Assembly: GCA_964506785.1 (NCBI GenBank)
Contig: CAZDME010000003.1
Location: forward strand, 1 to 46,830
Length of the DNA stretch: 46,830 bases
Source: an uncultured bacterium
GTDB lineage: Bacteria > CAZDME01 > JAYEMH01
Direction of reading: 5' to 3'
Within the stretch, counting starts at the first letter, position 1. Each line of letters opens with the position of its first letter. A model generated the notes under the pieces. That model ran no database searches. It was not told where the DNA came from and saw nothing but the letters and a program-made list of their open reading frames with translations. This document shows positions 1 through 12,997 of this stretch, piece by piece. The position numbers were made by a program, and so were the translations under genes.

Positions 1-589
1 TAAAAACCAGTCGGTCGTTGTATAAGAGATCGAATGTATTAACTGACTTCACTTCTTTACAAGAGATCCCTTGAAGATTGCGTGCCGCCCGATAAAAAAT
101 CTCGTTTCGCCCATCTAATAAGAATATCACTTTTTTCTCTTTTAGCTTCAGCTTGTTTAAAATCTCCGCCACTTCTTTGGTTTTGGGATGGCCGATTTTT
201 AGCTCGTCAATAATAATTAGACAATTGCTATTTAGCTTATCGAGAAGCACTGACTTTAACGCCAGCTTCATTACTTTTTTGGGAATAGAGAAAGAATAAT
301 CCCGGGGATGGGGACCAAAAATATCCCCCCCTCCTCGCCAAAGCGGTGAACGGATACTGCCTGCCCGGGCCCGCCCGGTGCCTTTCTGCCGCCAGGGCCT
401 ACGTCCGCCGCCTCTAACGTCGCTTCTTCCTTTCGTCGCTGCTGTTCCTTCTCGGCGACTCGCCAGAAGCCGGCGGATATCTTCATAAACAGCCTGAGGA
501 CTGATTTTCCCCTCAAAAATTTCTGGGTTAAGGCTTACCTTACCGACCTTTTCGCCTTTAACATTAATTACATCTAATAAAACCGGCAC
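1..589 (-). CDS. rplD: 50S ribosomal protein L4 (3' end runs off window)
   Basis: Manual translation from GTG at 589: ...TKGRSDVRGGGRRPWRQKGTGRARAGSIRSPLWRGGGDIFGPHPRDY...; open to position 1; follows rplC. Not in ORF track because it has no stop in the window. Confidence 0.96.
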   Translation of the reverse strand, partial: MPVLLDVINVKGEKVGKVSLNPEIFEGKISPQAVYEDIRRLLASRREGTAATKGRSDVRGGGRRPWRQKGTGRARAGSIRSPLWRGGGDIFGPHPRDYSFSIPKKVMKLALKSVLLDKLNSNCLIIIDELKIGHPKTKEVAEILNKLKLKEKKVIFLLDGRNEIFYRAARNLQGISCKEVKSVNTFDLLYNDRLVF

Positions 590-595
590 TTGAAT

Positions 596-1315
596 TTACC
601 CTTTTTTTTCTGGCTTCTTTTTATCCAATTTCTTTTCTTCTGCCTTTTGCTCCGCTTTTTTCTCTTCCGCTTTTTTTTCTATCGATTTATGTTTTTTCTT
701 AATTGCTTTTTTAATTATCAGCAGAGTGCCTTTGGCCCCAGGCACCGCTCCCTTTATTATCAAAAGGTTATTAGCTAAATCGCGCTTGACAATTTTAGAA
801 TTTTGTAAAGTCTCCTTTACCCCGCCCATTCTACCTGGCATCCTTCTTCCTTTAAAAACTCTGGCCGCGTCGGTACTGCCAATCGAACCCAAAATACGAT
901 GGGTCATCGATCCGTGGGTCGCCGGACCACCATGAAACTTCCAGCGTTTCATTGCCCCGGCAAAACCCTTTCCTTTGCTGATTCCGGTTATATCGACAAA
1001 ATCGATACCTTCAAAAATATCCAAATTAATAACTTGGCCGACTTGATAATCATCCCCAATATAATGAAATTCCTTAAGGACTTTCTGCGGCTTCACTCCA
1101 GCTTTTTTGAAGTGTCCCTGCAGAGGTTTAGTTGTCCTTTTCTCCTTTTTCTCCATAAAACCAAGCTGGATGGCCTGATATCCCTCTTTCTCTTTGGTTT
1201 TTCTCTGGACAACCTGACAGGGACCAGCTTCAATCAAGGTAACCGGAATAACCTTTCCCGCGGCATCAAAGATTTGAGTCATACCAATTTTTCTGCCCAA
1301 AAGACCAACTGTCAT
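596..1315 (-). CDS. rplC: 50S ribosomal protein L3, with Lys/Glu-rich C-terminal tail
   Basis: GRKIGMTQIF, SKGKGFAG, GPATHGS, KGAVPG motifs. Confidence 0.98.
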   Translation of the reverse strand: MTVGLLGRKIGMTQIFDAAGKVIPVTLIEAGPCQVVQRKTKEKEGYQAIQLGFMEKKEKRTTKPLQGHFKKAGVKPQKVLKEFHYIGDDYQVGQVINLDIFEGIDFVDITGISKGKGFAGAMKRWKFHGGPATHGSMTHRILGSIGSTDAARVFKGRRMPGRMGGVKETLQNSKIVKRDLANNLLIIKGAVPGAKGTLLIIKKAIKKKHKSIEKKAEEKKAEQKAEEKKLDKKKPEKKG

Positions 1316-1333
1316 TTCTACCTTCTTTATTAT

Positions 1334-1413
1334 CAGTTAACTGTGTGCAGTTTACAGTTAACAGATAAAGATATTATCACTATCCACATCCACTAATTGC
1401 AAACTCTAAATTA
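1334..1413. repeat. Degenerate heptamer array, inverted pair (CAGTTWA / TAAACTG-like)
   Basis: CAGTTAA CTGTGTG CAGTTTA CAGTTAA CAGATAA ... CTAATTG CAAACTC TAAATTA. Confidence 0.65.
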
Positions 1414-1731
1414 TTACAGTTTTATTTCCACGTCGACACCAGCCGGAAGATTCTGCTTCATCAAAGCATCCACGGTTTTTGCCGTTGGATTGATTATATC
1501 CAGCAATCGCTTATGAGTTCGAATCTCAAACTGCTCCCGGGATTTCTTATCGATGTGAGGAGAACGCAGAACGGTAAAACGTTCGATTTTGGTCGGAAGC
1601 GGAATCGGCCCATAAATTTTCGCTCCGGTTCTCTTGGCTAATTCGACAATTCCCAGGGCTGATTGGTCGACAATTTTATGGTCATACCCCTTAAGCCTAA
1701 TTCTGATTGTCTGTTGAATTATCTCTGCCAT
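1414..1731 (-). CDS. rpsJ: 30S ribosomal protein S10
   Basis: [38 protein letters not shown] before ATG 1731. Confidence 0.98.
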   Translation of the reverse strand: MAEIIQQTIRIRLKGYDHKIVDQSALGIVELAKRTGAKIYGPIPLPTKIERFTVLRSPHIDKKSREQFEIRTHKRLLDIINPTAKTVDALMKQNLPAGVDVEIKL

Positions 1732-1797
1732 CAAGTTCCTTTTAGTTCGTTAGAAACCACCCGCCAGAGCAACTGACATAGTTTTGGCATGAAACCT

Positions 1798-3873
1798 CTA
1801 GCCGGTTTTATTTTTATCAAGAATTTTTTCTGTAATTTGCCGCGGCACTTCCTGATAGTAAGAAAATTCCATCGAATAAGTAGCTCTGCCTTGAGAAAGA
1901 GAACGCAGGTCAGTGGCGTAGCTAAACATAGAGGCCAAGGGAACAAAAACGCGGATAACTTTGGCCCCGGCCTTCTCCCCCATTTCTTCAATCCTTCCCC
2001 TTCTGGCACTTAAATTTCCAATAACATCTCCCATAAATTCCTCAGGGACAATTACTTCTAAATTCATTATTGGCTCAAGCAATACCGGCTTGGCCAATTC
2101 GGCCGCTTTTTGAAAAGCCATGGAGGCGGCAATTTCAAAAGCGATATCAGATGAATCGACCTCATGATAGGAACCGTCTAATAATTTGCTGCGAATATTT
2201 ACTATTGGATATCCCGCCATTACTCCTTTTTCCATGGCTTTGATTATGCCTTTTCTGACCGAGGAGATATACTCTTTAGGAATTATCCCCCCTCTGGTTT
2301 TGTCAATAAATTCAAACCCGTCTTTAATCGGTTCAATTTCCAAAACCACGTGTCCGTATTGCCCGTGTCCGCCACTCTGCCGGATGAACTTTCCTTCGGC
2401 TTTAGCTTTATTCACAACCGTTTCCCGATAGGCAACTTGAGGTCTGCCCACGTTTGCCTCAACTTTAAACTCCCGAAGCATCCGGTCAATGACTATCTCT
2501 AAATGCAATTCACCCATCCCTGACATAATGGTTTGATTGGTTTCCGGATTATAACTTATCTTAAACGTTGGGTCTTCTTCCGATAACTTGGTTAAAGCCT
2601 GAGATAGTTTTTCCTGATCAGCCTTGGTTTTGGGCTCAATGGCTACCGAAATAACCGGCTCAGGGAAGCGAATTGTCTCTAAAATAATCGGATGGCTCTC
2701 ATCGCTCAAAGTATCACCGGTAGTGGTTTCTTTGAAACCAATGGCCGCAGCGATATCTCCGGTAAAGACCTCGCTCCTTTCTTCTCTCTTATTGGCGTGC
2801 ATCTGAAGAATTCTACCAATTCTTTCTTTCTTCTCTTTATTTACATTCCATATATAGGCTCCGGCCTTGATAATTCCTGAATAAACCCGAAAGAAGGTTA
2901 ACTTACCAACATAAGGATCGGTCATTATTTTAAAGGCGAGAGCGGACATTGCCTCATCGTCTGCTGTCTTTCTCACCTCTTCCTTTTGCGTTTTTGGATT
3001 TATCCCCTTTACTGGAGGTAAATCGAAAGGAGAAGGCAAATATTCTATTACGGCATCGAGTAACGGCTGAATGCCCTTGTTTTTCAAAGCTGTCCCGCAT
3101 AAAACCGGAATAATAGAATTATCCAAGGTGGCCTTTCTAATCGTTTCTTTAATCTCCTGGGAGGAAATTTCTTTCCCCTCAACATATTTTTCTAAAAGGT
3201 GGCCGCTGTGGTCAGCCACTTTTTCAATCAATTCCTCTCGGTAATGTTCGGCTTGCTCCAGGTAATCTTCAGGGATATCCGCCGAATCAAAGTTTTCGCC
3301 TAAATCCCCTTCTTTCCAGATTAGAGCCTTCATTTCAACCAGATCAATTACCCCTCGGAATTTATCCTCACCCCCTAAAGGCAAATGCAGCGGAACGGCA
3401 TTAGCCCCTAAACGTTCCTTCATCATCTTTATTGTCCCTAAAAAATCTGCTCCCACTCGGTCTATTTTATTGACAAAGGCAATCCGGGGAACATGATAAC
3501 GGTCCGCCTGATGCCAAACAGTCTCTGATTGAGGTTCTACTCCGCCCACGGCACAGAAAACGGCAATAGCGCCGTCAAGCACCCGCAGGGATCTTTCTAC
3601 CTCAATGGTAAAATCCACATGCCCGGGGGTATCGATTATATTAATTTGATTTCCCTTCCAGAAGCAGGTCGTCGCCGCCGAAGTAATGGTAATGCCCCGT
3701 TCTTGCTCTTGTTCCATCCAATCCATAGTCGCCGTGCCTTCATCAACATTACCAATGCGATAAACCTTTCCGGTATAATAGAGGATTCTTTCGGTCGTAG
3801 TCGTTTTACCGGCGTCGATATGAGCCATTATACCGATATTTCTCGTCTTTTTTAAAGAGACCTTTCTTTCCAT
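1798..3873 (-). CDS. fusA: Elongation factor G (canonical); alternative GTG start at 3906
   Basis: [27 protein letters not shown]; follows rpsG. Confidence 0.98.
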   Translation of the reverse strand: MERKVSLKKTRNIGIMAHIDAGKTTTTERILYYTGKVYRIGNVDEGTATMDWMEQEQERGITITSAATTCFWKGNQINIIDTPGHVDFTIEVERSLRVLDGAIAVFCAVGGVEPQSETVWHQADRYHVPRIAFVNKIDRVGADFLGTIKMMKERLGANAVPLHLPLGGEDKFRGVIDLVEMKALIWKEGDLGENFDSADIPEDYLEQAEHYREELIEKVADHSGHLLEKYVEGKEISSQEIKETIRKATLDNSIIPVLCGTALKNKGIQPLLDAVIEYLPSPFDLPPVKGINPKTQKEEVRKTADDEAMSALAFKIMTDPYVGKLTFFRVYSGIIKAGAYIWNVNKEKKERIGRILQMHANKREERSEVFTGDIAAAIGFKETTTGDTLSDESHPIILETIRFPEPVISVAIEPKTKADQEKLSQALTKLSEEDPTFKISYNPETNQTIMSGMGELHLEIVIDRMLREFKVEANVGRPQVAYRETVVNKAKAEGKFIRQSGGHGQYGHVVLEIEPIKDGFEFIDKTRGGIIPKEYISSVRKGIIKAMEKGVMAGYPIVNIRSKLLDGSYHEVDSSDIAFEIAASMAFQKAAELAKPVLLEPIMNLEVIVPEEFMGDVIGNLSARRGRIEEMGEKAGAKVIRVFVPLASMFSYATDLRSLSQGRATYSMEFSYYQEVPRQITEKILDKNKTG

Positions 3874-3939
3874 TTTCTTTTTAATCTCTTGAATATGCTT
3901 TTCCACAATACCTGCTACTCATTTTCAAAAATGAGGTGG

Positions 3940-4006
3940 TAGACTCTAGGACATAGATTGTAGGTTTTTTTCTATACCCTATAACCTATTACCTAGCACC
4001 TGCTTC
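3940..4006. repeat. Heptamer array, inverted pair (TAGRYYN / CTATWAC)
   Basis: TAGACTC TAGGACA TAGATTG TAGGTTT ... CTATACC CTATAAC CTATTAC CTAGCAC CTGCTTC. Confidence 0.8.
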
Positions 4007-4480
4007 TTACCATCTGTAATGGGCAAAAGCCTTGTTGGCTTCAGCCATTTTATGGGTATCTTCTTTTTTCTTTATTGCCGTCCCGGTGTTGTTATAGGCA
4101 TCTAAAACTTCAAGGGCAAGTTTTTCTCCCATAGGTTTTCCGGCCCGGGCCCGGGCAAAACCAACCAGCCATTTTATCGCCAGGTTCACCCGCCGTTCTG
4201 GGGAAACCTCCATCGGGACTTGGTAGGTAGCCCCTCCCACACGGCGCGGTTTAACCTCTAAAACCGGTTTGGTATTATCCACCGCTTTTTTCAATACCTC
4301 CAAGGAATTTTTATTGCCGGTTTTCTCGCTGAGCGAATTAAGGCAGTCATAGAAAATTCCCTCGGCCACGCTTTTTTTCCCTTTGCGCATAATATCGTTA
4401 ATAAACTTGGTTACCAGGATATCTTGAAATTTTGGGTCGCCAACAACCTTTCTTTTGGCTACACTACCTTTTCTCGGCAT
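4007..4480 (-). CDS. rpsG: 30S ribosomal protein S7
   Basis: [31 protein letters not shown]. Confidence 0.99.
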   Translation of the reverse strand: MPRKGSVAKRKVVGDPKFQDILVTKFINDIMRKGKKSVAEGIFYDCLNSLSEKTGNKNSLEVLKKAVDNTKPVLEVKPRRVGGATYQVPMEVSPERRVNLAIKWLVGFARARAGKPMGEKLALEVLDAYNNTGTAIKKKEDTHKMAEANKAFAHYRW

Positions 4481-4511
4481 AGATTTTTACCTCTTCCTTT
4501 ATGTATGAGTT

Positions 4512-4916
4512 TTATCTAGCCCCTGCCGCCGCTGGGGCCTTTTTCCCTTTGGGCTTTTTCACTCCGTATTTGGAACGCCCTCTATTTCTTTCTTCAACAC
4601 CAGCGGTATCTAAGGTCCCGCGGATAATATGATATCTTACACCGGGTAAATCCTTTACCCGGCCGCCTCGAACCAAAACAATGGAGTGTTCCTGTAAATT
4701 ATGCCCGACACCCGGGATATAAGCCGTTACCTCTACGCCGTTGGTAAGTCTAACCCGGGCAATTTTACGTAAGGCCGAATTAGGTTTTTTAGGCGTAACT
4801 GTCTTAACATAGAGACAAACACCTCTTTTCTGCGGACAACGGTTTAAAGCCGGCGACTTAGTTTTTCTTTTTATCGGCTTTCTTCCTGCATGGAACAACT
4901 GGCTAATCCTAGGCAC
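4512..4916 (-). CDS. rpsL: 30S ribosomal protein S12
   Basis: [32 protein letters not shown] start after GGAGG. Confidence 0.99.
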   Translation of the reverse strand: MPRISQLFHAGRKPIKRKTKSPALNRCPQKRGVCLYVKTVTPKKPNSALRKIARVRLTNGVEVTAYIPGVGHNLQEHSIVLVRGGRVKDLPGVRYHIIRGTLDTAGVEERNRGRSKYGVKKPKGKKAPAAAGAR

Positions 4917-5006
4917 AGTTTCCCCTCCGTTTTACCTGGCAACTGTAATATGAAAAAATCAATAATGAAGATTTTCGAACAATAATTTGCATTGATATTC
5001 TATTTT

Positions 5007-8000
5007 TTATGCGGTCTTCACCTTTATATCCCGATGTCTCTCAAATCCGGTCCCGGCAGGAATGAGATGCCCAACGATAACATTTTCTTTAAGCCCCCGC
5101 AAATCATCGTTTTTCCCCATGGTTGCCGCTTCGGTTAAAACCCGGGTCGTTTCTTGGAATGAAGCAGCGGCAATGAAACTTTCGGTACTGAGAGAAGCTT
5201 TGGTAATTCCTAAAAGCTTAGGAACCGCCCGGGCCGGCTTTTTCTTCTGCTTCACCAACTTCTCGTTTATCACATTAAATCGGGCCTTATCGACTTGTTC
5301 TCCAATCAGTAATTCTGAATCGCCGCTTTCAACAATTTCAATCTTCTTGAGCATCTGGCGGACAATAATTTCGATATGTTTATCGTTTATCGTTACCCCT
5401 TGAAGCCGGTACACTTCTTGGACTTCATTAACTAAATATTCCTGAAGTCGTTTATCGCCGCAGATTCGCAAAATATCGTGCGGCACCACCGGGCCGTCCG
5501 TCAATTGCTGTCCGGCTACTACCCGGTCCCCTTTATATATAATCAAATGTTTCCCCGGCGGAATAACGTATTCAGCCTCGGCTATTTCACTTTTCACTTT
5601 CACTTTTCGCACGCCCTCTTCCATACCGGCAAAATCAACCAGTCCGTCGATTTCAGTAATTACCGCCGGGGATTTAGGCCGGCGCGCTTCAAAAAGTTCG
5701 GCAACACGGGGTAAACCTCCGGTAATATCTCTCGTTTTCATAATCTGCCGGGGGGTTTTGGCTAAAAGGTCTCCAGCAAAAATCTTTTCATTCTGCTTAA
5801 CGACAATATGAGCTCCCGTGGGTAAAGGGTATTTGCCAACAACCTCATTTTTTCCCTTGACAATAACGATCTGAGGGTGCAGTTCCTCCTTATGCTCAAT
5901 AATCACCCTTCCGCGTATGCCGGTTATCACATCAATCTCCTCATGCATAGTCAAGCCTTCATAGATATCCTCATGTTTTACCACCCCTTCAACCTCACTT
6001 ATGATTGGTGAGGTATAAGGATCCCATTCAGCTAAAACTTTTCCCTTTTGAATCTGGCCATTATCGGGAATATGTATAATTGCCCCTGGGAGCAGGCTAT
6101 ATCTTTCTAACTCTCGGCCTTCTCCATCCAAAAGACTAATTTCTCCATTTCGGTTAAAAACGACAATATTTCCGTCTTTATTTTTTACCGTACGTAAATT
6201 GAAATATTTGACTCGGCCCTCGTTTCTGACAATGATTTTAGATTGTTCGACCACCCGGCTGGCCGTGCCTCCAATATGGAAAGTTCTCATCGTCAGCTGG
6301 GTGCCCGGCTCCCCGATCGACTGAGCGGCAATTACCCCGACGCTTACCCCCAATTCCACCATTTTTCTAGCCGCTAAATCCCGCCCGTAACATTTAGCAC
6401 AAACGCCAAAAGATGATTCGCAGGTAAGAACCGAACGGATACGAATCTTTTCTATTCCGGCTTTTTCAATCTGCTCGGCTTTCTCCTCAGTAATCTCTTC
6501 CCCGGCTTTAACGATAATTTTATCGGTTACCACATCAACGGCATTATCCAAAGCTACCCGTCCGACAATTCTTTCTTTAAGGGAGACCACTGGCTTATCG
6601 CCTTCCATAATTGCCCCGATTAAAATACCGTTTAAAGTCCCGCAATCGACCTCATCAATGATAACTTCTTGGGCCACATCTACTAAACGCCGGGTTAGAT
6701 ACCCGGAGTCAGCCGTCTTCAAGGCCGTATCAGCCAAACCCTTCCGGGCTCCATGAGTAGAAATAAAATATTCTAAAACGGTAAGTCCTTCCCGAAAATT
6801 CGAGGTAATAGGCGATTCGATTATCTCGCCTGAAGGCTTAGCCATTAATCCTCTGATTCCCCCGAGCTGCCGAATCTGCTGATGGCTGCCCCTGGCGCCA
6901 GATTCAGCCATAATAAATACCGAATTGAATTGGGAGTTGATAACTTCTTCGTTCTTAAGTTCGCTAAATAACTCCTCGGAGATAATATCAGTTACGTGCG
7001 TCCAGATATCAATCACCTTATTGTATCTTTCACCATCGGTAATTAAACCCCGACGATACTGTTCATATACCGAAACCGCCTCTTTACGGGCAGATTCTAA
7101 AATTTTCTCTTTAGCCCGGGGGATGCGGATATCGTCAATCCCGATAGAAATCCCCCCTAAAGTCGCCTGGTTAAATCCTAATTTCTTTAGACGGTCTAAA
7201 AGAAGAATAGTCTGATGAAGTCCTAACTTATTGAAACAACGGGTTACAATTCCTTCCAGCTTCTTTTTATCGATCACCATATTTACAAACCGTAATTCCA
7301 CGGGCAGGCAATCGTTAAAGATAATTCGTCCAGTCGTGGTAGTGATTAATTCGCCCTTAATCCGCACTTTGATGCGCGCATGGAGACCTAGCTCGCCTAA
7401 GGAGTGAGAAGTAAGTACTTCTTCGGCGTTGGCGAAAATTTTCCCTTCTCCCTTCCCTTTTCTCTTCTCTGAGGTCAGGTAACAGCATCCAAGAATTATA
7501 TCCTGGGTGGGACAGACAATTGGGCTGCCGCTTGAAGGAGAAAAAATATTATTTGACGACAGCATGAGGATGCGGGCTTCCATCTGTGCTTCCAGAGAAA
7601 GAGGGATATGGATAGCCATCTGATCCCCGTCAAAATCAGCATTAAAAGCAGTACAAACTAGAGGGTGAATACGAATAGCTTTGCCTTCGATAAGCACTGG
7701 TTCAAAGGCTTGGATACCTAAACGATGAAGAGTTGGGGCCCGATTTAATAAAACCGGGTGTTCTTTAATCACATCTTCCAAAATATCCCATACTTCCGGA
7801 CGAACTTTTTCGACCATCTTTTTGGCGCTTTTAATCGTATGGACAATGCCTTTCTCTCTTAACCGGCGGATAATAAACGGTTCATACAGCTCTAAAGCCA
7901 TCTCTTTTGGCACTCCGCATTGATGAAGCTTTAATTCCGGGCCGATAACAATAACCGAGCGGCCGGAATAATCCACGCGTTTACCTAAAAGGTTTTGGCG

Positions 8001-9119
8001 GAACCTGCCCTGTTTGCCTTTTAACATCTCGCTTAAAGATTTTAAGGCCCGCCCTCCTGGGCCCAATACCGGTCGCCCGTGCCGGCCGTTATCAAACAAA
8101 GCATCAACTGCTTCTTGGAGCATTCGTTTTTCGTTGCGAATAATAATCTCAGGGGCTTGCAGCTCCAAAAGTTTTTTCAAGCGGTTATTGCGGTTAATTA
8201 CCCGGCGGTAAAGGTCATTTAAATCCGAGGTAGCAAACCGCCCTCCTTCCAAAGGAACCAAAGGACGTAACTCCGGAGGGATTACCGGCAGATAATTTAA
8301 AATCATCCATTCCGGCTTATTTCTAGAATTTCTAAATCCCTCGACTATTCTTAAGGTTTTTACGATTTTTCGGCGTTGTCCTTGTGAAGTGGTAGCTTTC
8401 AAATTCTTATGTAACCGCTTGGACATCTCTTCTAAGTCTATCTCCTTGAGTAAGATAGAAATTGCTTCAGCTCCGATACCAACCTTAAATCCGGATTTAT
8501 ATTCTTCCTTGTACCGCCTATACTCTTCTTCATCAAGAAGCTGCTTCTCCTTAAGCGGGGTCTCCTTGGGATCTAAAACGACATATTCTTCAAAATATAT
8601 CACCTTTTCGATCATCCTAAGCGACATGCCTAAAATGGTGCCGATTCGGCTGGGTGAGATTTTAAAAAACCAGATATGAGCCACCGGAGAGACTAAACTT
8701 ATATGTCCCATTCTTTCTCGACGGACGCGGGATTCCGTTACCTCAACGCCGCAGCGGTCGCAAATAACCCCTTTATATTTAATTTTCTTGAACTTGCCGC
8801 AATTACATTCCCAATCCTTGGTTGGGCCGAATATTCGTTCGCAGAAAAGACCATCTTTTTCCGGCTTAAAGGTGCGGTAATTTATCGTTTCTGGTTTCTT
8901 AACCTCGCCATAAGACCAGCCAAGAATTGTATCTGAAGAAGCCAAGCTGACAGCCACCTCGTCAAACCCTTTTATTTCCCGCCGGTCCTCTTTGATTACT
9001 AAAGGTTCAGTTATAACTTTTTCTTCCTTTTTAAAAACCTTTTCCTCTTTTTTTGCCCCGGCTGAGGCAGTCTTTTTTTTCTTAACTGCTGTTTTTTTCT
9101 TCTCTTTTTTCTTAGTCAT
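5007..9119 (-). CDS. rpoC: RNA polymerase beta' subunit
   Basis: [10 protein letters not shown] catalytic motif, Zn-finger CxC...Cxx[14 protein letters not shown]. Confidence 0.99.
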   Translation of the reverse strand: MTKKKEKKKTAVKKKKTASAGAKKEEKVFKKEEKVITEPLVIKEDRREIKGFDEVAVSLASSDTILGWSYGEVKKPETINYRTFKPEKDGLFCERIFGPTKDWECNCGKFKKIKYKGVICDRCGVEVTESRVRRERMGHISLVSPVAHIWFFKISPSRIGTILGMSLRMIEKVIYFEEYVVLDPKETPLKEKQLLDEEEYRRYKEEYKSGFKVGIGAEAISILLKEIDLEEMSKRLHKNLKATTSQGQRRKIVKTLRIVEGFRNSRNKPEWMILNYLPVIPPELRPLVPLEGGRFATSDLNDLYRRVINRNNRLKKLLELQAPEIIIRNEKRMLQEAVDALFDNGRHGRPVLGPGGRALKSLSEMLKGKQGRFRQNLLGKRVDYSGRSVIVIGPELKLHQCGVPKEMALELYEPFIIRRLREKGIVHTIKSAKKMVEKVRPEVWDILEDVIKEHPVLLNRAPTLHRLGIQAFEPVLIEGKAIRIHPLVCTAFNADFDGDQMAIHIPLSLEAQMEARILMLSSNNIFSPSSGSPIVCPTQDIILGCCYLTSEKRKGKGEGKIFANAEEVLTSHSLGELGLHARIKVRIKGELITTTTGRIIFNDCLPVELRFVNMVIDKKKLEGIVTRCFNKLGLHQTILLLDRLKKLGFNQATLGGISIGIDDIRIPRAKEKILESARKEAVSVYEQYRRGLITDGERYNKVIDIWTHVTDIISEELFSELKNEEVINSQFNSVFIMAESGARGSHQQIRQLGGIRGLMAKPSGEIIESPITSNFREGLTVLEYFISTHGARKGLADTALKTADSGYLTRRLVDVAQEVIIDEVDCGTLNGILIGAIMEGDKPVVSLKERIVGRVALDNAVDVVTDKIIVKAGEEITEEKAEQIEKAGIEKIRIRSVLTCESSFGVCAKCYGRDLAARKMVELGVSVGVIAAQSIGEPGTQLTMRTFHIGGTASRVVEQSKIIVRNEGRVKYFNLRTVKNKDGNIVVFNRNGEISLLDGEGRELERYSLLPGAIIHIPDNGQIQKGKVLAEWDPYTSPIISEVEGVVKHEDIYEGLTMHEEIDVITGIRGRVIIEHKEELHPQIVIVKGKNEVVGKYPLPTGAHIVVKQNEKIFAGDLLAKTPRQIMKTRDITGGLPRVAELFEARRPKSPAVITEIDGLVDFAGMEEGVRKVKVKSEIAEAEYVIPPGKHLIIYKGDRVVAGQQLTDGPVVPHDILRICGDKRLQEYLVNEVQEVYRLQGVTINDKHIEIIVRQMLKKIEIVESGDSELLIGEQVDKARFNVINEKLVKQKKKPARAVPKLLGITKASLSTESFIAAASFQETTRVLTEAATMGKNDDLRGLKENVIVGHLIPAGTGFERHRDIKVKTA

Positions 9120-9134
9120 TTTCTATCCCGACCG

Positions 9135-12100
9135 CTATTTCTTTTTTCCCTTCTTGAAAAAGGCCGCCGCCGCTCCTCTGGCCCTAGGCTGAGGACTGAC
9201 ATCCTGGCCTTCCTTAAGCAGTTTAAAATTTAATCCCAGCCCCTGCAGTTCCTTTACCAAAACATTAAAAGATTCGGGGCAGCCCGAATCCAGGAGATTC
9301 TCGCCTTTAACAATGGTTTCATAAATTCGGTTTCTTCCGGAAACATCATCACTTTTAACCGTAAGCATCTCTTGTAATGTATAAGCGGCTCCATAAGCCT
9401 CCAGCGCCCAGACTTCCATCTCCCCAAGTCTTTGTCCGCCAAACTGGGCTTTCCCGCCTAAAGGCTGCTGGGTAATTAATGAATAAGGGCCGATAGACCG
9501 GGCATGCATCTTATCCTCAACCAAATGGGCTAATTTCATTATGTAGATATAACCGACGGTAACTTCTTGGTCAAAAGGTTCTCCCGTCCGGCCGTCGTAA
9601 AGTACGGCTTTACCGGAAATCGGTAATTTTGCTTTTCCCAGCAGTTCTTTTATCTCTGTTTCCCGGGCACCATCAAAAACTGGAGAGGAAATTTTCAAAC
9701 CTAAAACCTTAGCCGCCCAACCTAAATGAGTCTCCAATATTTGGCCCAAATTCATTCGAGAAGGAACACCCAAAGGATTAAGTACGATTTCCACCGGTGT
9801 CCCGTCCGGAAGATAGGGCATATCTTCCTCGGGAAGAATCTTAGCGATAACCCCTTTATTTCCATGGCGCCCCGCCATTTTGTCCCCGACGGAAAGCTTT
9901 CGCTTGGTAGCCACATAAACTTTAATCATCTTAAGAACTCCCGGCGGCAATTCATCCCCTTTTCGAATGGCGGCAATCTCCCGGTTTCTTTCTTCTTCAA
10001 GTTCTTTGGCTTTCTCCGGATATTCATTCTTTAACCTTTTTATCTCCATCTTATATTTGATTTTAATTCTATCAATCAAAGCTTTCTCTTCTGTTTTGGC
10101 TTTTTCCGAGCGTTCCCGCAGCTTCCGGGAAAAAAGCTGGGTATCGATAACGATACCCTCAATACCTGGCGGCAGGGTTAAGGAGGTATCCCGGACATCC
10201 TCGGCCTTTTCGCCAAATATTGCCCTCAGTAATTTTTCTTCCGGGGAAAGCTCGGTTTCAGTTTTGGGCGTAATTTTCCCCACTAAGATATCACCGGATT
10301 TAACTTCCGCTCCGGTATAAATAATGCCGCGTTCATCCAAATTACCCAAAGCTTCTTCCCCCACGTTTGGTATATCGCGGGTTATCTCTTCTCTGCCAAG
10401 TTTGGTCTCCCGGGCTTCAAGGACAAATTCCTCGATATGAATGGAGGTATAAGCATCTTCTTTAACTATCTTTTCACTGATTAGAATGGCATCTTCGAAG
10501 TTATATCCGCCCCAAGACATAAAGGCAACCAGAATATTTTTCCCCAAAGCCAGTTCCCCGTGGTCGGTAGCGGTACCGTCAGCAAGAACCTCACCGGTTT
10601 TTACCCTTTGCCCTTCAAAAACAACAGGCCTTTGATTAATGCAGGTATCCTGATTGGACCGCTGAAATTTCCTTAATACATAAACATCATATTTATCTTT
10701 TTTCTTCCTCCGCTTTCCTTTTTCCCGGTCTGGCCGGATAATTATTTTATTAGCGCTAACATCCATAACCTCCCCGCTTCTTTTGGCAATAACCAGAACG
10801 CCGGAATCGTAAACGACCGCTTTTTCTACTCCCGTCCCGACTAAAGGGGATTCTGTTTTCAAAAGCGGCACCGCTTGCCTTTGCATATTAGAACCCATCA
10901 GCGCCCGGTTAGCGTCATCATGTTCCAAAAAAGGGATTAAGGCGGCGGCTACACTGACAATCTGTTTCGGAGAAATATCCATATATTTAACCGACCCGGA
11001 AGGCATAATGGGATAATCACCTTTATAACAAGTAATAACCCTTTCGTCTTCCAGACGGCCGTATTTATCCAATTTGGCATTAGCTTGAGCAATAACATAT
11101 TTACTTTCTTGATCGGCGCTGAGATATTCAATCTTATCGGTTACTTTTCTGTTTTCTACTTTTCGATAAGGGGTTTCAATAAACCCGAATTCGTTTATAC
11201 GGGCATAGGTACTCAAAGAAGAAATGAGACCGATATTTGGTCCTTCCGGTGTTTCTATCGGACATATCCGGCCATAATGACTGGGATGAATATCTCTAAC
11301 CTCGAACCCGGCTCTCTCCCGGCTCAAACCACCCGGACCCAAGGCGCTTAAACGGCGCTTATGGGTCAATTCAGCCAGAGGATTAGTCTGATCCATAAAT
11401 TGAGAAAGCTGGCTGCGGCCAAAAAAATCTTTGATCGTAGCGCTTAAAAGCTGCGGGTTGAGTAGATTATAAGGCATTATTTCATCGACATCTAACAGGT
11501 TCATCCGTTCTCTGACCACCCTTTCCATCCGGGCCAGACCAATACGAATTTGGTTCTGGACTAACTCCCCGACTGATCTCACCCGGCGATTACCTAAGTG
11601 GTCAATATTATCAACTTCTCCATCGCCATTCTTCAGGTTAATTAAATATTTAATTACTTGGATAATATCCTCTGGCCGCAACGTTCTTTCCTCTAAAGAA
11701 ATATTTATGCCCAGCTTAGAATTAAATTTGTAACGCCCCACCCGGGATAAATCATAACGCCTTCGGTCAAAAAAGAGCCGCTCAAGAAGGTTTTTTGCCC
11801 CTTCAACACTAGGCGGATCCCCGGGACGAAGCCGGCGGTAGATATCAAGGAGAGATTCTTCTTCGGAAGGACGGCGGTCTTTATTTAAAGTAAGAATGAT
11901 AGAGACATCTTCCCGGATAGTTTTGATTACTTTAACGGCTTTGGGTCTAGGCTTTAAAGCCTTAATTTTTTGAATTATTCCCTGGGTAAGTTGTTCCCTG
12001 GCTTTAGCCACCACTTCTTTTTTTTGCAAATCAACAATATCGCTGGCCAGATAGCGGCCTAAGAGTTTGTCGACTGCCCCTCGTTCTCCTAAACCTACCT

Positions 12101-12782
12101 CTTCAATACCGTAAAATTGGCGGATAATTTGACTATCTTTGGCAAAACCTATCGCCCGCAAAAAAGTGGTAGCAATAACCTTCCTCCTGCGGTCAATAAC
12201 AGCGAAAAGAACATCGTTAACATCAAATTCAAATTCTAACCAGGAGCCTCGATAAGGTATAATCCGAACCGAATAAATGCGCTTGCCTGCTGGATGAAGA
12301 GTAGATTCGTAATAAACACCCGGGGACCGGTGAAGCTGGCTGACAATCACCCTTTCTGCCCCATTTACAATAAAGGTTCCCTGAGGAGTCATCAAAGGCA
12401 GTTCCCCGATATGAACTTCCTGGTCTCTAATTTCTTTTACCGGTTTCGCCTTTTTCCCCTCTTGAATCTTCCGGATGACCAGTCTGGTTTTTATGCCCAA
12501 AGGAGCGGCATAAGTAAAACCGCGCCGTTGACATTCCTCTACGGAATATTTAGCTTGTCCCAGTGAATAACTGTCAAATTCAAGCGAGGTTAATTCATCA
12601 TAGCCAATTATGGGAAAAGCGTCCATAAAAGCGGCTTGTAATCCCTGGCGTTTCCGCTTCTCTGGCACCACATCTAATTGGAGAAAATCACTATAAGATT
12701 TTTTTTGCACCTCGATTAGATTTGGCAGATTCAAAACCGTGGGAATTTTACTAAAGGACTTTCTTTTCGTTTCATGCCTCAT
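9135..12782 (-). CDS. rpoB: RNA polymerase beta subunit
   Basis: [42 protein letters not shown]. Confidence 0.99.
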   Translation of the reverse strand: MRHETKRKSFSKIPTVLNLPNLIEVQKKSYSDFLQLDVVPEKRKRQGLQAAFMDAFPIIGYDELTSLEFDSYSLGQAKYSVEECQRRGFTYAAPLGIKTRLVIRKIQEGKKAKPVKEIRDQEVHIGELPLMTPQGTFIVNGAERVIVSQLHRSPGVYYESTLHPAGKRIYSVRIIPYRGSWLEFEFDVNDVLFAVIDRRRKVIATTFLRAIGFAKDSQIIRQFYGIEEVGLGERGAVDKLLGRYLASDIVDLQKKEVVAKAREQLTQGIIQKIKALKPRPKAVKVIKTIREDVSIILTLNKDRRPSEEESLLDIYRRLRPGDPPSVEGAKNLLERLFFDRRRYDLSRVGRYKFNSKLGINISLEERTLRPEDIIQVIKYLINLKNGDGEVDNIDHLGNRRVRSVGELVQNQIRIGLARMERVVRERMNLLDVDEIMPYNLLNPQLLSATIKDFFGRSQLSQFMDQTNPLAELTHKRRLSALGPGGLSRERAGFEVRDIHPSHYGRICPIETPEGPNIGLISSLSTYARINEFGFIETPYRKVENRKVTDKIEYLSADQESKYVIAQANAKLDKYGRLEDERVITCYKGDYPIMPSGSVKYMDISPKQIVSVAAALIPFLEHDDANRALMGSNMQRQAVPLLKTESPLVGTGVEKAVVYDSGVLVIAKRSGEVMDVSANKIIIRPDREKGKRRKKKDKYDVYVLRKFQRSNQDTCINQRPVVFEGQRVKTGEVLADGTATDHGELALGKNILVAFMSWGGYNFEDAILISEKIVKEDAYTSIHIEEFVLEARETKLGREEITRDIPNVGEEALGNLDERGIIYTGAEVKSGDILVGKITPKTETELSPEEKLLRAIFGEKAEDVRDTSLTLPPGIEGIVIDTQLFSRKLRERSEKAKTEEKALIDRIKIKYKMEIKRLKNEYPEKAKELEEERNREIAAIRKGDELPPGVLKMIKVYVATKRKLSVGDKMAGRHGNKGVIAKILPEEDMPYLPDGTPVEIVLNPLGVPSRMNLGQILETHLGWAAKVLGLKISSPVFDGARETEIKELLGKAKLPISGKAVLYDGRTGEPFDQEVTVGYIYIMKLAHLVEDKMHARSIGPYSLITQQPLGGKAQFGGQRLGEMEVWALEAYGAAYTLQEMLTVKSDDVSGRNRIYETIVKGENLLDSGCPESFNVLVKELQGLGLNFKLLKEGQDVSPQPRARGAAAAFFKKGKKK

Positions 12783-12901
12783 CGTTAAAATTACCTCGTG
12801 TCAAGTTTTAAAGACAAAAATATCCCTATCTTTATTTCCCTTGGTTTCAACTAAGGGGCAACATTACTGGATATATATATTACCTATTAAATAAAAACCG
12901 T

Positions 12902-12930
12902 ATTATAGCGATAGATTAAAGGTTTGTCAA
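12902..12930 (-). promoter_or_regulatory. Consensus sigma70 promoter of rpoBC-str-S10 cluster
   Basis: Minus strand TTGACA-17 nt-TATAAT, ~120 nt upstream of rpoB ATG. Confidence 0.85.
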
Positions 12931-12997
12931 GGAAAAAATGAAAAAATTTTAGAGAATCACCAAAGGTTTAGAAAAGAGGGCGCTAGAGCGAAAAAAA

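Noticed and set aside
271-516. 81-aa minus ORF and a suspected rplD frameshift
   Set aside because: Off-frame shadow of rplD; careful translation shows rplD is uninterrupted from 589 to the window edge.
4925-5006. Possible array in the rpoC-rpsL spacer
   Set aside because: AT-rich with inconsistent phase; cannot be distinguished from chance.
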